A DNA stretch of 64,000 bases from Eledone cirrhosa (GCA_964016885.1 OZ024748.1:14880001-14944000); one strand, 5' to 3'. Positions 1-13,971 are shown, counted from the first letter of the stretch. Translations and numbers: made by a program. The notes: generated by a model from the sequence alone, not told the origin.

Positions 1-69
1 CATTATATATATATATATGTGTGTCTTATGGTAGCTAAGATGCTTCCATAGGCGGTATGCCGGTTGAGC

Positions 70-111
<42 letters not shown>

Positions 112-482
112 TGGCTGCCAACTCGTTTTCAAGTACGGCCACTACTTTATATCCATGTAGGAGAACCCCTACCGATACGCTGAACGAGTGTGAATTTTTA
201 GTCCAGCCAGCGACTTGAAAACTCTGGTACAAACACTACACTTGTGACAATTATTGACACACAGTGCTGGGCCCATGGTACCATGTGAGGACAATTGCAG
301 AGAGATCTCCAGATATAAAGCAATGCCTGTGCCGTGAAGCTTTTATAGTGAGCAAAGGCACTGCACAAAGCCAGTCCCACTCTCTTAACCAAGATGATAT
401 TTAACAAAAAGTAAAACAAGTCAACATAAACACATACGTACATATTTATATATATATATATACATACATAAACACATACGTG

Positions 483-528
<46 letters not shown>

Positions 529-605
529 CATACATACATAAACACATACGTACACACACATATATATATATATACATACATACATACATAAACACATACG
601 TACAA

Positions 606-642
<37 letters not shown>

Positions 643-1197
643 TATATATATTGAGACACATATATAGTGTAATAGATATTTTTTTCCTCTATTCACTAAT
701 ATAAAAATAATTCAAATATCCTCTTTGAAAGTACTTTAGTCTTGTAACACCAACACACATTCACCACTTCCACCCACCCACCCTCTCTCTCTCTCTCTCT
801 CAATATACATAAACATGATATTGTGTTATATTATATATTTTTATATATGTATATTTGTATATCTATTTTATATTGTTAGGTATATTTCCACATAACTATT
901 CTTTGCCCAGCAAGCATCATGAAATGGAATATGGTTTTCAAAAATCTTTCATGACTCTTGAAAGCGGATATATATGTACTAGATAATACAAATATATGTG
1001 TATGTTAGTGTGTGTATGTGTACAAGATAATACAGATAAGTGTTAATGTGCGTGTGTATGTGTACAATACAAATATATGTGTGTGTGTATGATAACGTAG
1101 AAAACAAATGTGTGTGCGCATGTGTATGTATGAGAATATACAAAAAATGTAACAAGACCAGAATACATAAGTGTACTTAAATAAAAAAAAAATTATT

Positions 1198-2135
<938 letters not shown>

Positions 2136-2325
2136 GTATATGTGAACTGTGTAAATAACAATTCTCAATGCTTTGATATATACACAAGGTTTTTTTGTAA
2201 ACAAAACCACCTAGTGGGATATAGAGAATGATACATTTTATTTTTAATGGTATATTTCAAAGTCCCACTTCATATATTTGTGTGTCTAATACATGTATAT
2301 ATATATATACATACATGTATGTGTG

Positions 2326-2368
<43 letters not shown>

Positions 2369-2408
2369 CTTGGAACATGGACGTTAAACGATGATGATGA
2401 TGATATTT

Positions 2409-2454
<46 letters not shown>

Positions 2455-2841
2455 ATATATATGTGTGTGTGTGTGTGTATATATATAATACATACATACA
2501 TGTATATATACACACATCTATACATGTATAACCCATACATACATTTGCACATGTATATATATATATGCATACTTTTTTAAACAGAGTATATTTTATGTTG
2601 CATACATAATTGCTCATACACAACCACCAAAACACACACACCCAGCAAGATACACATCCACATACACGACCATATTGAAATGAAACAGAGAGTAGAATCT
2701 ACTAATACCCATTGATCCACTCCTAATAATCTCACAGAACTCAATAACACCCACTCACAGTGATAAACCTGTCCAGGTCAATCTATACAGTTGAAGACAA
2801 CTCCACCAGAGAATCCTTCTTAACAATATATACACACAATC

Positions 2842-3320
2842 ATCATCTTCATCACCATCCCCCGTTTGACATCCATTTTCCCATGCTAACCTTCCTTAGA
2901 TAAGTTGTTCCATTATCAGACAAGCCAGGTCAGATGACCATGACTTGCTCATACAGAACTGATTTTGGCATGGTTTCTACAGCTGGATAACTTTCTTAAC
3001 AATGAACACTTTACAGTGTGGGCTGGTCGCTTTTTGTTGTAACACCTACACAATCACTTTACAGTGTATGCTGGGTGCTTTTTGTCATGAATTCTATATG
3101 ACCACTTTACAGTGTGGGCTGGGTGCTTTTTATTGTGACACCTACACAACCACTTTACAATGTGGACTGAGTACTTTTTGTTGTGACACCTACAGGATAA
3201 TTTTACAGTGTGGGCTAGGTGTTTTTTGTTGTGACAACCACTTTACAGTGTGAGCAGTGTGATTTTTATCTCAACACCTGCAGAATCACTTTACAGAGTT
3301 GACTGAGTGTTTTTTGTTGT
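2842..3320 (-). mobile_element. Diverged RTE-tailed SINE fragment whose ~49-bp internal unit is expanded into a tandem array
   Basis: (CAT)n tail near 2842-2858, TTTCTACAGCTGGAT motif near 2973, then about 6-7 units like ACCACTTTACAGTGTGGGCTGGGTGCTTTTTGTTGTGACACCTACACA (3005-3320). Confidence 0.85.
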
Positions 3321-3469
3321 GAGTGTATATACACAATATATCTGCTCCTTTACTGAATCCCTCAGAAAAATCAACAACTCAATATTAAACCTTTTGTTAA
3401 CAGCCAGTGCAAAACTGCTTTTAATTTTATGAAGTAAATCCATCCATTTTAAGAGTGTCTTCTTTTTCT

Positions 3470-3606
3470 AAGGAGGCAAGTATAAAAGCCAAACTCTTTA
3501 CTTTCAATTGAGTATTCATGCCAATCTTTACCTATGGTCATGAATCTTATGTAATAAATGTAAGAATACAATTGTGAATAAAAGGAGCGGAAATGTGGTT
3601 CTTCCA
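3470..3606 (+). pseudogene. Degenerate RTE-clade LINE ORF fragment (region downstream of RT)
   Basis: Manual translation KEASIKAKLFTFN*VFMPIFTYGHESYVINVRIQL*IKGAEMWFF matches the RTE pattern AKLSIYxSIYVPTLTYGHExW...RIQAAEMxFLR; two stop codons. Confidence 0.7.
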
Positions 3607-4440
3607 TTTTAAAAGCTTTCTATTAAAATTATAACCTTCCAAAATAATTTTATATCAGAACCTTTTATTAACTTAAGAGAAAAATATTTCCTCAATAATA
3701 AAATATTTAATAGACGTCTTAAAGTCAGAAATAATTAATTCAAATATATACCAGTTTGTACAAACTGCCTTTGGTTCTATGAATCAAAGCCACTAATTTT
3801 AAAAGGTACCAATTGAAATTAAAACATAATTATATATTAGAAGCATGAAAGTCATTACCTTAATAAGGAAATAATTAATAAATTTAGTAAATCTCTCCAA
3901 ATTCCTCATTGATTGATTCAGATAAATGTAAGTTTAACCGTTGCCACCAGGGAAAGCAGATTTTAATTGAAGATGATGATGATGACAATGTATTTCATTA
4001 GAGATATTGTACCAAAACGGTCAGATTGGTGATAAATAGACAGATTCGTAGCTATTTTGTTTGTAATGGTTTAATTTCTGAACACTTACCAGCTTCTATT
4101 AGTCTTTCTACACACACATATGCACACAATTATAAGTACAGCTAAAATAAATTGACGCTTGAAAATTAAATAAAGTTACATGTACATACATACATAATTT
4201 GTATATATATATATACACACACACACCCATACATATATATATATACATATATAAATACATATATACACATACATATCTTTACATCCAGCTGAAGAAAACC
4301 AGCCAGAAACAGTCCAATATGAGTGAGATACGCTCAACCGACCCAACTTGCCGCAAGTGGAACAAGCCTGTCTAACTCATGCTAGCATGGAAGATAGACG
4401 TTGAACTATGATAATGATGATGGTGGTGACGATGATGTAA

Positions 4441-4478
<38 letters not shown>

Positions 4479-4596
4479 CTCATAATGTAGGAGGTGAGTT
4501 TTATTGTAGCACAATAAAGCAATGCAAATATCGGATAAGTTGATTTAACACTTCACTGCTCGCAAGTGTTTTTTTAAGCTTCATATCATGTCACCC

Positions 4597-4667
4597 TATT
4601 TTATCTGATGAGGACGCAAATATCATTCCATGATGATATTTGTTTTTGAAATGCGCATAATAAAATA
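4597..4667 (+). ncRNA. Minimal type I hammerhead ribozyme motif (PLE pLTR type)
   Basis: Stem I TATTTTAT/ATAAAATA, CTGATGA at 4605-4611, stem II CAAATATCAT/ATGATATTTG with a decayed base, GAAA at 4648-4651, palindromic ATGCGCAT as stem III, predicted cleavage after A4659. Confidence 0.8.
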
Positions 4668-4677
4668 CATGGAACTC

Positions 4678-4716
<39 letters not shown>

Positions 4717-5060
4717 CTCAGAATATAAAGAACCATAACTATATGCAGCAAGGCGTTTTGTGTGACACTCAAATGATACTGCTAATCCACTTACCTTTCT
4801 AAAATACATATCACTCCCACAAGCCAAGAGGTACAGTCTCTTGCCCCAGATATTTCACCCACAAATATTTAATACCACAAAATATTATATCATACTTTTA
4901 TGTTTCTGTCTTTGAAAAAGCATTTTTTCTCTGCTAAATGTTTATTTTCTTATACACATGCACACACATGTAAATTTACACACATAACTATAGGCATGCA
5001 AGCTCCCATATTAGAATAATTGTGTGTAAATATTTTATTTGAATATATATATATATATAT

Positions 5061-5395
5061 GGAGGCACATGGCTTAGTGGTTAGAGCATTGGCCTTGCAA
5101 TCGAAAGCTTGTGAGTTCAATTCTCAGACTGAGTGATGTGTTGTTTCCTTGAGCAAGACACTTTATTTCACATTGCTCCAGTTTACTCAGCTGTAGAAAT
5201 GAGATGATAGAGACTGGGTTCCCTATCATTCCACTGTAAAGTGGTCGTGCAGGTGCCACGGCAAAAAAGCACCCAGCACTCACTGTAAATGAAGTTGGTG
5301 TTAGGAAGGGCATCCAGCTGTAGAAATCAAGCCAGAATCAGTTCCCGTCCCACCCTTGCAAGCAGGGAAAAGCGGACGTAAAATGATGATGATGA

Positions 5396-5398
<3 letters not shown>
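5061..5398 (+). mobile_element. Full-length SINE family A: tRNA-like head, CORE-like box, RTE-type tail (tail type 2)
   Basis: A box TGGCTTAGTGG, B box-like GAGTTCAATTC, CCTTGAGCAAGACACTTT, AGGAAGGGCATCCAGCTGTAGAAA, tail CCCACCCTTGCAAGCAGGGAAAAGCGGACGTAAA then (ATG)n; flanked by (TA)n; near-identical copies at 12266, 54273 and 58653. Confidence 0.93.
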
Positions 5399-5462
<64 letters not shown>

Positions 5463-5764
5463 AAGGAAGTATGTTTGGAATGTGGCAAGTGATGTTTAGA
5501 ATTGAAATAGAAGCTTTCGCTGTAATATTTTTTCTACAATATAGTCTAATAATGGGGCTTATAACTCCATAGAAGAGAAAAAGTTTGGTATCATCATGCA
5601 TGCTGATATCCATTGTCTTCAGTTCAATGGGTTTATACTTCCCATTATTCAACTATATTAAAGTAAAAAATATTACCCCAAAACCTTTCAATGTGTGTCT
5701 GCGCGCGCACACACACACACATATTCACCTAATATTTTATGTACAAAGCGATTTTAAATGCACA

Positions 5765-5848
<84 letters not shown>

Positions 5849-6091
5849 CACAAACACATATATACACACACACACATATACACACACACACATATATATA
5901 TACTTATATGTATACATACATATAATGCAGACATTACGTATTGATGATATATACACACATGAGATATACATCTAAACACATACATATAAATGATGCAAAC
6001 AGACAAATCACAGAAGTGCCTTTCTCTATATATACAGACCATATATGTATAATACAACACTATGGGATTATTCTTTGTTATAGTTTAAGTT

Positions 6092-6156
<65 letters not shown>

Positions 6157-7058
6157 GCACATAAATGTGTGTGTATAAATATATATATATATATATGCAC
6201 ATCCACATGTATGGAAATTCAATCATGCACATATGTACATTCACAAAAATTACACAAAAGCCTGTGTATTTTGTATGTATAATAAAGACATTTATGCAGG
6301 CATAAATGTCCAAACACACACACCCACACACACATACATATACACATACTCATGCATATATACACACACTCACACAGACAAGTCTTTTACACACAACAAA
6401 TGTTTTGTATGTGTTCTGAGAATGTAGGGTGAAATCTACATTAATGGTGAGAGGGGGAGGTGGGCGAGAAATAGAAAGATGGGGTGGGGATGAGAGAAAG
6501 GGAGAGATACAGCCAAAGAAGGGAGACCAGTTGGCGCCAATGTTTGGTATTGACTTCTGAAAATAAGTATACGAAAGAATAAAATAACCATTCTCATGTA
6601 TGGTAGCCCTACTAATGCATAGAGAGGAATGAAAACCTATATGAGCAAGGACAGATGTCTAGGAATTGGAAAGAATTCTAGATTCTCCTCTTCCACCATT
6701 TACTTGTTTCCATATAAAATATAGCAATGATTTCCTTCCATATAAAATGTAGCCATTGGTACAATTTATTGTTGATTGTAGGTGTTTTTTACATTAATAA
6801 ACTGTTACAAAGATTATAGACTCCGCTTTGCTATGTATTTCAAAAACACCCCCCGGCCCCCAGCAAAAAAAAAAATATATATCATCATCATCTCCATTTA
6901 GCATCCATTTTTCCATGCTGGCATGGGTTATACGAACATATATATATATGCACATCATTATAATCATCATCTTTTTACGTCCACTTTTCTTTGGTTGCAA
7001 GATACATATGTATATATATATATACACACATATATGTATATGTATATATGTGTATATA

Positions 7059-7092
<34 letters not shown>

Positions 7093-7227
7093 AAACTTGG
7101 AGAGATTATGCCAAACTGCTTGAACTTGCGGTCGAATCTCCACCTCATTAATATATCCACTCTGCACCCCACCATGCATCAATTTCTACTATGATATGCA
7201 GTCTTCCTGGTCTTTGCACTGTAGACA

Positions 7228-7284
<57 letters not shown>

Positions 7285-7384
7285 TATAGTGATTGTAGTT
7301 AAGGACGGGAGTGATTATGATGTCTAATGATAGTGAGGATACTCTTATCTCTCTTCCTTCTCAACACCCTCTCTCCTCTCTCTA

Positions 7385-7460
7385 TTTTCTGAAGAAGGAC
7401 TACCATCCGAAACCTTTAGACTCTTGCCTAATGCTATTAAGAATAATACTAATATAACAT
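7385..7460 (+). ncRNA. Degenerate minimal hammerhead motif in a PLE pLTR remnant
   Basis: CTGAAGA at 7389-7395, GGA-CTACCA-TCC hairpin, GAAA at 7409-7412; downstream sequence resembles the copies at 39760-39830 (-) and 49640-49705 (+). Confidence 0.55.
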
Positions 7461-7640
7461 TATTTATTGCATTGTTCTTCTTTAGTAGAGTTTATTTTTT
7501 CATTTTCTTGTTGACTTTATAAATCTGTATGTATGTTAGAGTAAATATTGTGCATGCATGCATACACACACATGCATACATATATGTTTTACATCTGACT
7601 TTTTTGTTTACAAAATTTTTATAATAAACCCCACCAACCC

Positions 7641-7686
<46 letters not shown>

Positions 7687-7835
7687 ATAGTGCGTAAAAA
7701 CAATATAGCTTAAAAATAAAATAGGTCACTATGGTAATCTTAGTCATTATAACAAGAACAACAACAACAGTGATAAGTTTTATTTTGATTTCACTTTATA
7801 CTTTATAATAGATCAAACAGTTGCTATGATTCTAC

Positions 7836-8152
7836 ACCACCAACACAATCATCATTATCATCACTACAAGCAACACACAGTACCACCACCACCAACAACA
7901 ACAACAACAACACCATCATCATCATCACTACAAGCAACACACAGTACCACCACCACCAACAACAACAACACCATCATCATCATCACTACAAGCAACACAC
8001 ATTACCACCACCACCAACAACAACAACGACACCATCATCATCATCACTACAAGCAACACACATTACCACCACCAACAACAACAACAACACCATAATCATC
8101 ATCACTACAAGCAACACACAGTACCACCACCACCAACTACACCACCACCAAC
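7836..8152. repeat. ~60-bp compound minisatellite of (ACC)n(ACA)n(ATC)n
   Basis: About 5 units beginning ATCACTACAAGCAACACACAGTACCACC. Confidence 0.9.
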
Positions 8153-8459
8153 CTCACTGTCTTATTTTTCATTCACATTCAATTTCATCCTATTGTGTTG
8201 TATTTTGTTTCATTTTAATAGCTATGTACATGTTACTGTTTGTGACTTGTTGCTGTTGTTCTTGTTGCTGTTGTTCTTGTTGCAAATCTTCTATTGTGTT
8301 TGTAATTGTATTTTTTGTTGTTGTTGTAATAAAAGAAATCATTATTTTTTTGGAGTTTGTTTTTGGTTGTTGTTAATATTCTATTGTTAGTTTACCCCCA
8401 CCTAACCCCTCCTTCCTTTCATTGTCTTCATGTAATGTCTGGATATGTCAACTTGTCAA

Positions 8460-8882
8460 TTAACAACAACAACATTACCATTTCCAACCACTGCCACCAT
8501 CAACCAACAACAACAAAAAAAACATTATTACCTATAATCACTACCACCAATGCCTCCACCACCATTAACAACACTACCACAACCAACACTACCACCACCA
8601 ATTCTACCACCACCTCCAACAATGACACCACCACCAACAACAACAAAACATCGTCAGCACTACCACCAACAACAACAGCACCACCACCAACAACAACAAC
8701 AGCACCACCAATAATACCAGCACGATCAACAACACTACCACCAACAACAAAAACAACTTCAACACTACCAGCACCACCACCAACGCCACCACCACCAACA
8801 ATGACGACAACACCACCAACAACAACACAACTACCAACAACAACACCACCAACATTACAACCACAACCAATATTACCAAGCA
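8460..8882. repeat. Degenerate (ACC/ACA)n triplet tract
   Basis: C/A-rich triplets; produce the Thr/Pro-rich ORF 8357-8932. Confidence 0.85.
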
Positions 8883-9416
8883 AATGCTGCCACATTTTCC
8901 ACAATAGAAACCGACTGACTCAGCAAGATTAGATTATTTTATCTGTTTTTTATACCCCCACCCCCACACACATACTTATTTATTTATTTACTTAAATATT
9001 TATTTGTTTCCTACTACTTCTCATCCCCCCTCACCTCCTTTTATTTAAAAAAAAATAATTACAAAACATTTCTTTAGAGTTGCAATTTTTGACACAAGAT
9101 TACAATATTTTTTCTCCCCTCATCTCCTTCAGTGGTTGTGATCGGGGATAGAGGGGGGAGAATGAAAAAGGAATTTGCTTTTAAAGATATTAACAATTGA
9201 TTGCACCATTTAATCCTTCCAACAAAACTCATTTAAGAATAATATAATACAAAACTATCTTTTATTCTTCGTAAATTTCTTTATTTCTTGCTTTTTATGT
9301 TTTTTGTGTCTTTCAAGAAATTTTAACTGGAATTAAAATCAAGTTAGTGTTCTTTTTAATTAAAAAAAACTCAATAAAATAGTTGTTGAGTCTTAAGTCA
9401 GCCCAAGGCTATAGTA

Positions 9417-10050
9417 TCATAGTTTCCAACCTATGATCCTTAGGGTCCTGGGGACCAATGATACAAATTCAAAATTTCAAGTATTTTGTTGAAAATATAA
9501 CATGCAAATGATATTTGGTATCCATTAGTTTCTAAAAAGTATGAATAATATTCTTTACTATTTCAAGAACTTTGTTAAAAACATAATATATACACACTAT
9601 TGAGTGTTAAAGATAAATTCTGTTCTAAGCAGAAGGCTCATTAGGCTAGTACTTATCTTTGGTTTCTTTGCTGTTAAGCAACTGAGAGTACAAGACTCTC
9701 CCTGGACAAGATGCCAGTCTATTGCAAACTTAATTCCCCAACTACTGCTGTTACTCTCAGCGGATTGTACTGAAACAACATGAAATAAAGTGTTTTTTCT
9801 CAAGAACACAATGTAGCACCTTGTCTAGGAATCGAACTGATAACTTTATGATCGTACATCAAGCATCCTAACAATTAGGCCATGTAGCTTCCCACTACTG
9901 GGTATTTCTTTAAATATAAACATTTATATCTTTTGATTATTATTATTACTGTATAATAATCTGGGTAGAGAAGAACTGTAGCATGGAGATCAGGGAAAAA
10001 TTCATTTAAATAAAAGAGGTCGTTAGTAGGGAAAAGGCTGGAAACCATTG
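9417..10050. mobile_element. hAT-like MITE interrupted by a SINE
   Basis: Imperfect 15-bp TIRs TCATAGTTTCCAACC / GGCTGGAAACCATTG (Charlie-like); 8-bp TSD CTATAGTA (9409-9416) / CTGTAGTA (10051-10058). Confidence 0.65.
9605..9893 (-). mobile_element. SINE family C nested in the hAT MITE
   Basis: Reverse complement matches the copy at 59411-59693. Confidence 0.8.
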
Positions 10051-11846
10051 CTGTAGTAAAAAAGATTCACCTAGATCAAAACCCAAATCATGGTGCTTCA
10101 AATCAAACTTCTCAACCACATAGTTACACCTATATCGATTAAGAGTTTGTAATTCCATTCTTTTTAGTTGCCGAATTTCAACATTAGGTGAACTTCAATA
10201 CTTTTGATGCCAAACCATCTGAAACTATATATTTTAAATTGTTTATCATCATCATCATCACCATTTAACATCTATTTCTCCACATTAGCATGGATTAAAT
10301 GAGTTGTCTCATTGTGAGACAAAGTCAGATGACCACGTCTTCCTCACACAGAAATTATTTTGGCTTGTTTCTACAGCTGGATGCCTTATATTAATCTAAA
10401 AATGTCCCACCATAATTCTATGTGAAAAACATTATCAAGATATGTTCCAAATGCCAACTTAAAAATGAGAAAGTTATTTATATTATTAAATCCCTCCAGA
10501 TTCTTAATTTTCAAATTTATAGGCAGTACCTTTCATTAAAAATTTGAAAATGAAATGTAAATTCACATCTCATATATATGTAGCTTTAACAGGCCTCCTA
10601 CAGGGCAGTGTCTCATTGGAAGTTTCTTGGATATTTTAGTGATAGGTTCCTCAGTCTTATCATGAAAAGCAACATTAAATGAATCATCTTGCTCAAAAAG
10701 ATGTGTTGCCTCTGTCAAGAAATTGAACCTATGTCCAATGTTTATGGGTCAAACATGCTAACCACTATGTTTATGGGTCAAACATGCTAACCACTTGCAA
10801 TGAAGGGTGACGAGTTTCATAACATTGGTTAATAGCTGGCTTGCTTGTATGATATAAATCCCTTATTGATATGAGATTAAAAATATGGTGGAAAATAAGA
10901 AGGATATGTTGAAAGATTAAAAGATGAAAATTAAAACTAGCTTCTTAAAAAGCTGTAAATATCCGAGCTTAGAAATTCAATTACCTTATGAAGAGAATAA
11001 AACTAAATTACCAATTTGAAATAAATTAATTTAAAAAATATGTATTTAACTGCAACATATCGCACAGCTGGGATTTCAATATAAATTAATTACAGTTGAT
11101 GTTGTTATATAATAGGTTATATAACTATTCTTAATTGCTATAGTAATCATTGAGTAATAATGTAATTATGACTGTCTTTTGTTTGTCTTTAACCATTTCA
11201 TTAATATATATCGAATGAAAGACACACTTTATAACTTTTGAATCATTTTGAAAATAATCAAGAATTTTGAAACATTTAGTAATATAAGTTATAAGTAACT
11301 TTTTCATTATTAAGCTGGTATTTGGAGCATTCCTAGTTCAAATCCTACCTCCTGCAAGAAGATAGAAGCAGCAATGGAAAGACCAATTGAAGCATTGCTT
11401 CTTTGGTCTCATCTGATGATTGTCCCTTTCTGTTTCTTTATTTGGAGATTAACATAAAGGATCTTACAAAATGATGTGGAATTAGTGCATAGTTAACCAG
11501 TACAGTAAGTGGAGGTACTAATGTGGTAGCTTACTGCATAATAGTAAGAACTTGATACAATACCAATCAGTACAGTGATTGGAAGTGCTAATGAGGTACC
11601 TGACAGCACAATACTGTGGACTTTGTGGTGCAATGTCAACTAGGACATTGGATGGTGGTACTAATAAGGTAGATTACAACACAACTGCCTTCAAACAAAT
11701 ATATATATGTATATATCTATATACATAAAGTTGTAGTTCCTATCTGCTTGTTTATATGTTCATGAACTCCTCCTATGGTTTTAGAGATAGACGCCCCCAT
11801 AACCATATATATTCTGAAACTACATTGCCCAGGGTACTTGGTACAT

Positions 11847-12184
11847 TCATCATCATCATCATCACCGTTTTACGTCCGTTCTTCCACGCTAGCATGGCTT
11901 AGACGGGTTGTCCTGCTGTGGGCAGTGGCCGGTTGGCTGACCTTGACTTGCTCATATGGTAACGGATTCTGGCTTGATTTCTACAGCTGGATGCCCTTCC
12001 TAACACCAACCTCATTTACAGTGAGTGCTGGGTGCTTTTTTACCGTGGCACCTCCACGACCACTTTCCAGTGGAATGATAGGGACCCCAGTCCTATCATC
12101 TCATGTCTACAGCTGAGTAAACTGGAGCAATGTGAAATAAAGTGTCTTGCTCAAGGAAACAACACATCACTCAGTCCGAGAATT
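11847..12184 (-). mobile_element. SINE family A, 5'-truncated, tail type 1
   Basis: Same body as 5061-5398, but the tail reads AAGCCATGCTAGCGTGGAAGAACGGACGTAAAACG then (ATG)n on the minus strand. Confidence 0.92.
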
Positions 12185-12208
12185 GGTGATGCGTTGTTTC
12201 CTTGAGCA

Positions 12209-12244
<36 letters not shown>

Positions 12245-12265
12245 TGTATACCACTAAGCCATGTG

Positions 12266-12592
12266 GAGGCACATGGCTTAGTGGTTAGAGCATTGGCCTT
12301 GCAATTAAAAGGTTGTGAGTTCAATTCTCAGACCGGGTGATGTGTTGTTTCCTTGAGCAAGACACTTTATTTCACATTGCTCCAGTTTACTCAGCTGTAG
12401 AAATGAGATGATAGGGACTGGGGTACATATCATTCCACTGCAAAGTGGTCGTGTAGGTGCCATGGCAAAAAAGCACCCAGCACTCACTGTAAATGAGGTT
12501 GGTGTTAGGAAGGGCATCCAGCTGTAGAAATCAAGCCAGAATCAGTTCCCGTCCCACCCTTGCAAGCAGGAAAAAAGCGGACATAAAATGAA
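12266..12592 (+). mobile_element. SINE family A, full length, tail type 2
   Basis: Near-identical to 5061-5398. Confidence 0.93.
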
Positions 12593-13000
12593 ATTATATA
12601 TATATATATATATATTAAGTCAATTGTTTGAATTACAATTGTTTGAATTACAAAGCTTTGAGAAGATATAGTTAATGTAAAGAATGATGTTGGCATGCAC
12701 GGATTTGCCATAAAATAGGGTATAAAATGTTATAGGCAGTTTTATAGAATTTCTGCATATGAGGACATTATTCTTTATATACATATATATATATATATGT
12801 ATCATCATTATCATCATCATTTAATATTCACTTTCCCTGCGAGCAAAGGTTGGACCAATCTACAAAGAACAAGTCAGTAATAAAGCAAGGCCACTGAGTG
12901 CTTTTTGTCATATATATAGTTTGTTTGAATGTGATCACAATGATGATGATATATATATGACTATATCTATACACACACACACACACACACACATATATAC

Positions 13001-13035
<35 letters not shown>

Positions 13036-13116
13036 TATATATACATATATATACATATATACACATATATATATACATATATATATATATATACACACAC
13101 ATATATACACATATAT

Positions 13117-13159
<43 letters not shown>

Positions 13160-13719
13160 TACATATATATACACACACACATATATACACACACACACAC
13201 GGCTATTCTTCCTCTTCCTTAAGGACTGATAACATTTCCTTTGTTTCAGGTTTGGCAAGTACAATGTTACATTAATGTCATGTGTTAGTAATCAGGTTTT
13301 CATTAAAACGTTAGTCAGCTGATCTGATTCCTTTCTCAATAAGTGGATCGTTGTTTCTTTTAATACTTTATATATATATTTATTAATTTTTACTTCTGGC
13401 ATTCTACCTTTAAGCTAAACAGTAATGTTCTATAAATGTAACTTATGATTAACTAACTTCAATATAATCTCTTTGAATGTCACCATAGCACACTTAAGAT
13501 GTTGATATATGAGTGTGTGCATCATCATCATGTAATGTTCATTTTTCCACACTTGCATGTCATATTATGAGATAAGTTAGGTTCAGGGCGAGTCCCTAAT
13601 ACGATCACCACTATACAAGATGGTCTGCATACATTTTGACATGTGACCAACAAAAGCACTTTACAGTGTGCAATGGGTGCTTTTGTTGTTATGGCACAGA
13701 TCAACATATATTCGTGTCA

Positions 13720-13750
<31 letters not shown>

Positions 13751-13751
13751 C

Positions 13752-13970
13752 AGTCCACGCTGTAATGTGGTCGTGTAGGCAACACGGTAAAAACCTCCCA
13801 GCCCCACACTGTAAATGTGGTTGGTGTTAGGAAGGGCATCCAACTGTAGAAAACCCGCCAGACAGTCCTATGCGAGCAAGACAACCACTCTTGCCTCAAG
13901 TGGGAAAACCCCCGTCCAAACCCATGCAAGCGTGGAACACGGACGCTAAACCTGATGATGATGATGATGA
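13752..13970 (+). mobile_element. RTE-tailed non-autonomous retroelement or SINE 3' part, tail type 3
   Basis: AGGAAGGGCATCCAACTGTAGAAA, then CCCCGTCCAAACCCATGCAAGCGTGGAACACGGACG and (ATG)n; two more copies in tandem at 57491-57887. Confidence 0.88.
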
Positions 13971-13971
13971 A

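Noticed and set aside
3002-3253. CRISPR-like or Cys-repeat protein reading of the 49-bp array
   Set aside because: No unique spacers or cas genes; units derive from a SINE body.
4288-4315. CTGAAGA...GAAA hammerhead-like words
   Set aside because: A variant of the SINE motif CAGCTGTAGAAA; no supporting stems.
5061-5130. tRNA-Cys-like gene (TTGCAAT loop)
   Set aside because: Anticodon and acceptor stems do not pair; it is the SINE head.
8357-8932. Mucin-like Thr/Pro ORF
   Set aside because: Triplet-repeat origin, open on both strands, no splice or domain support.
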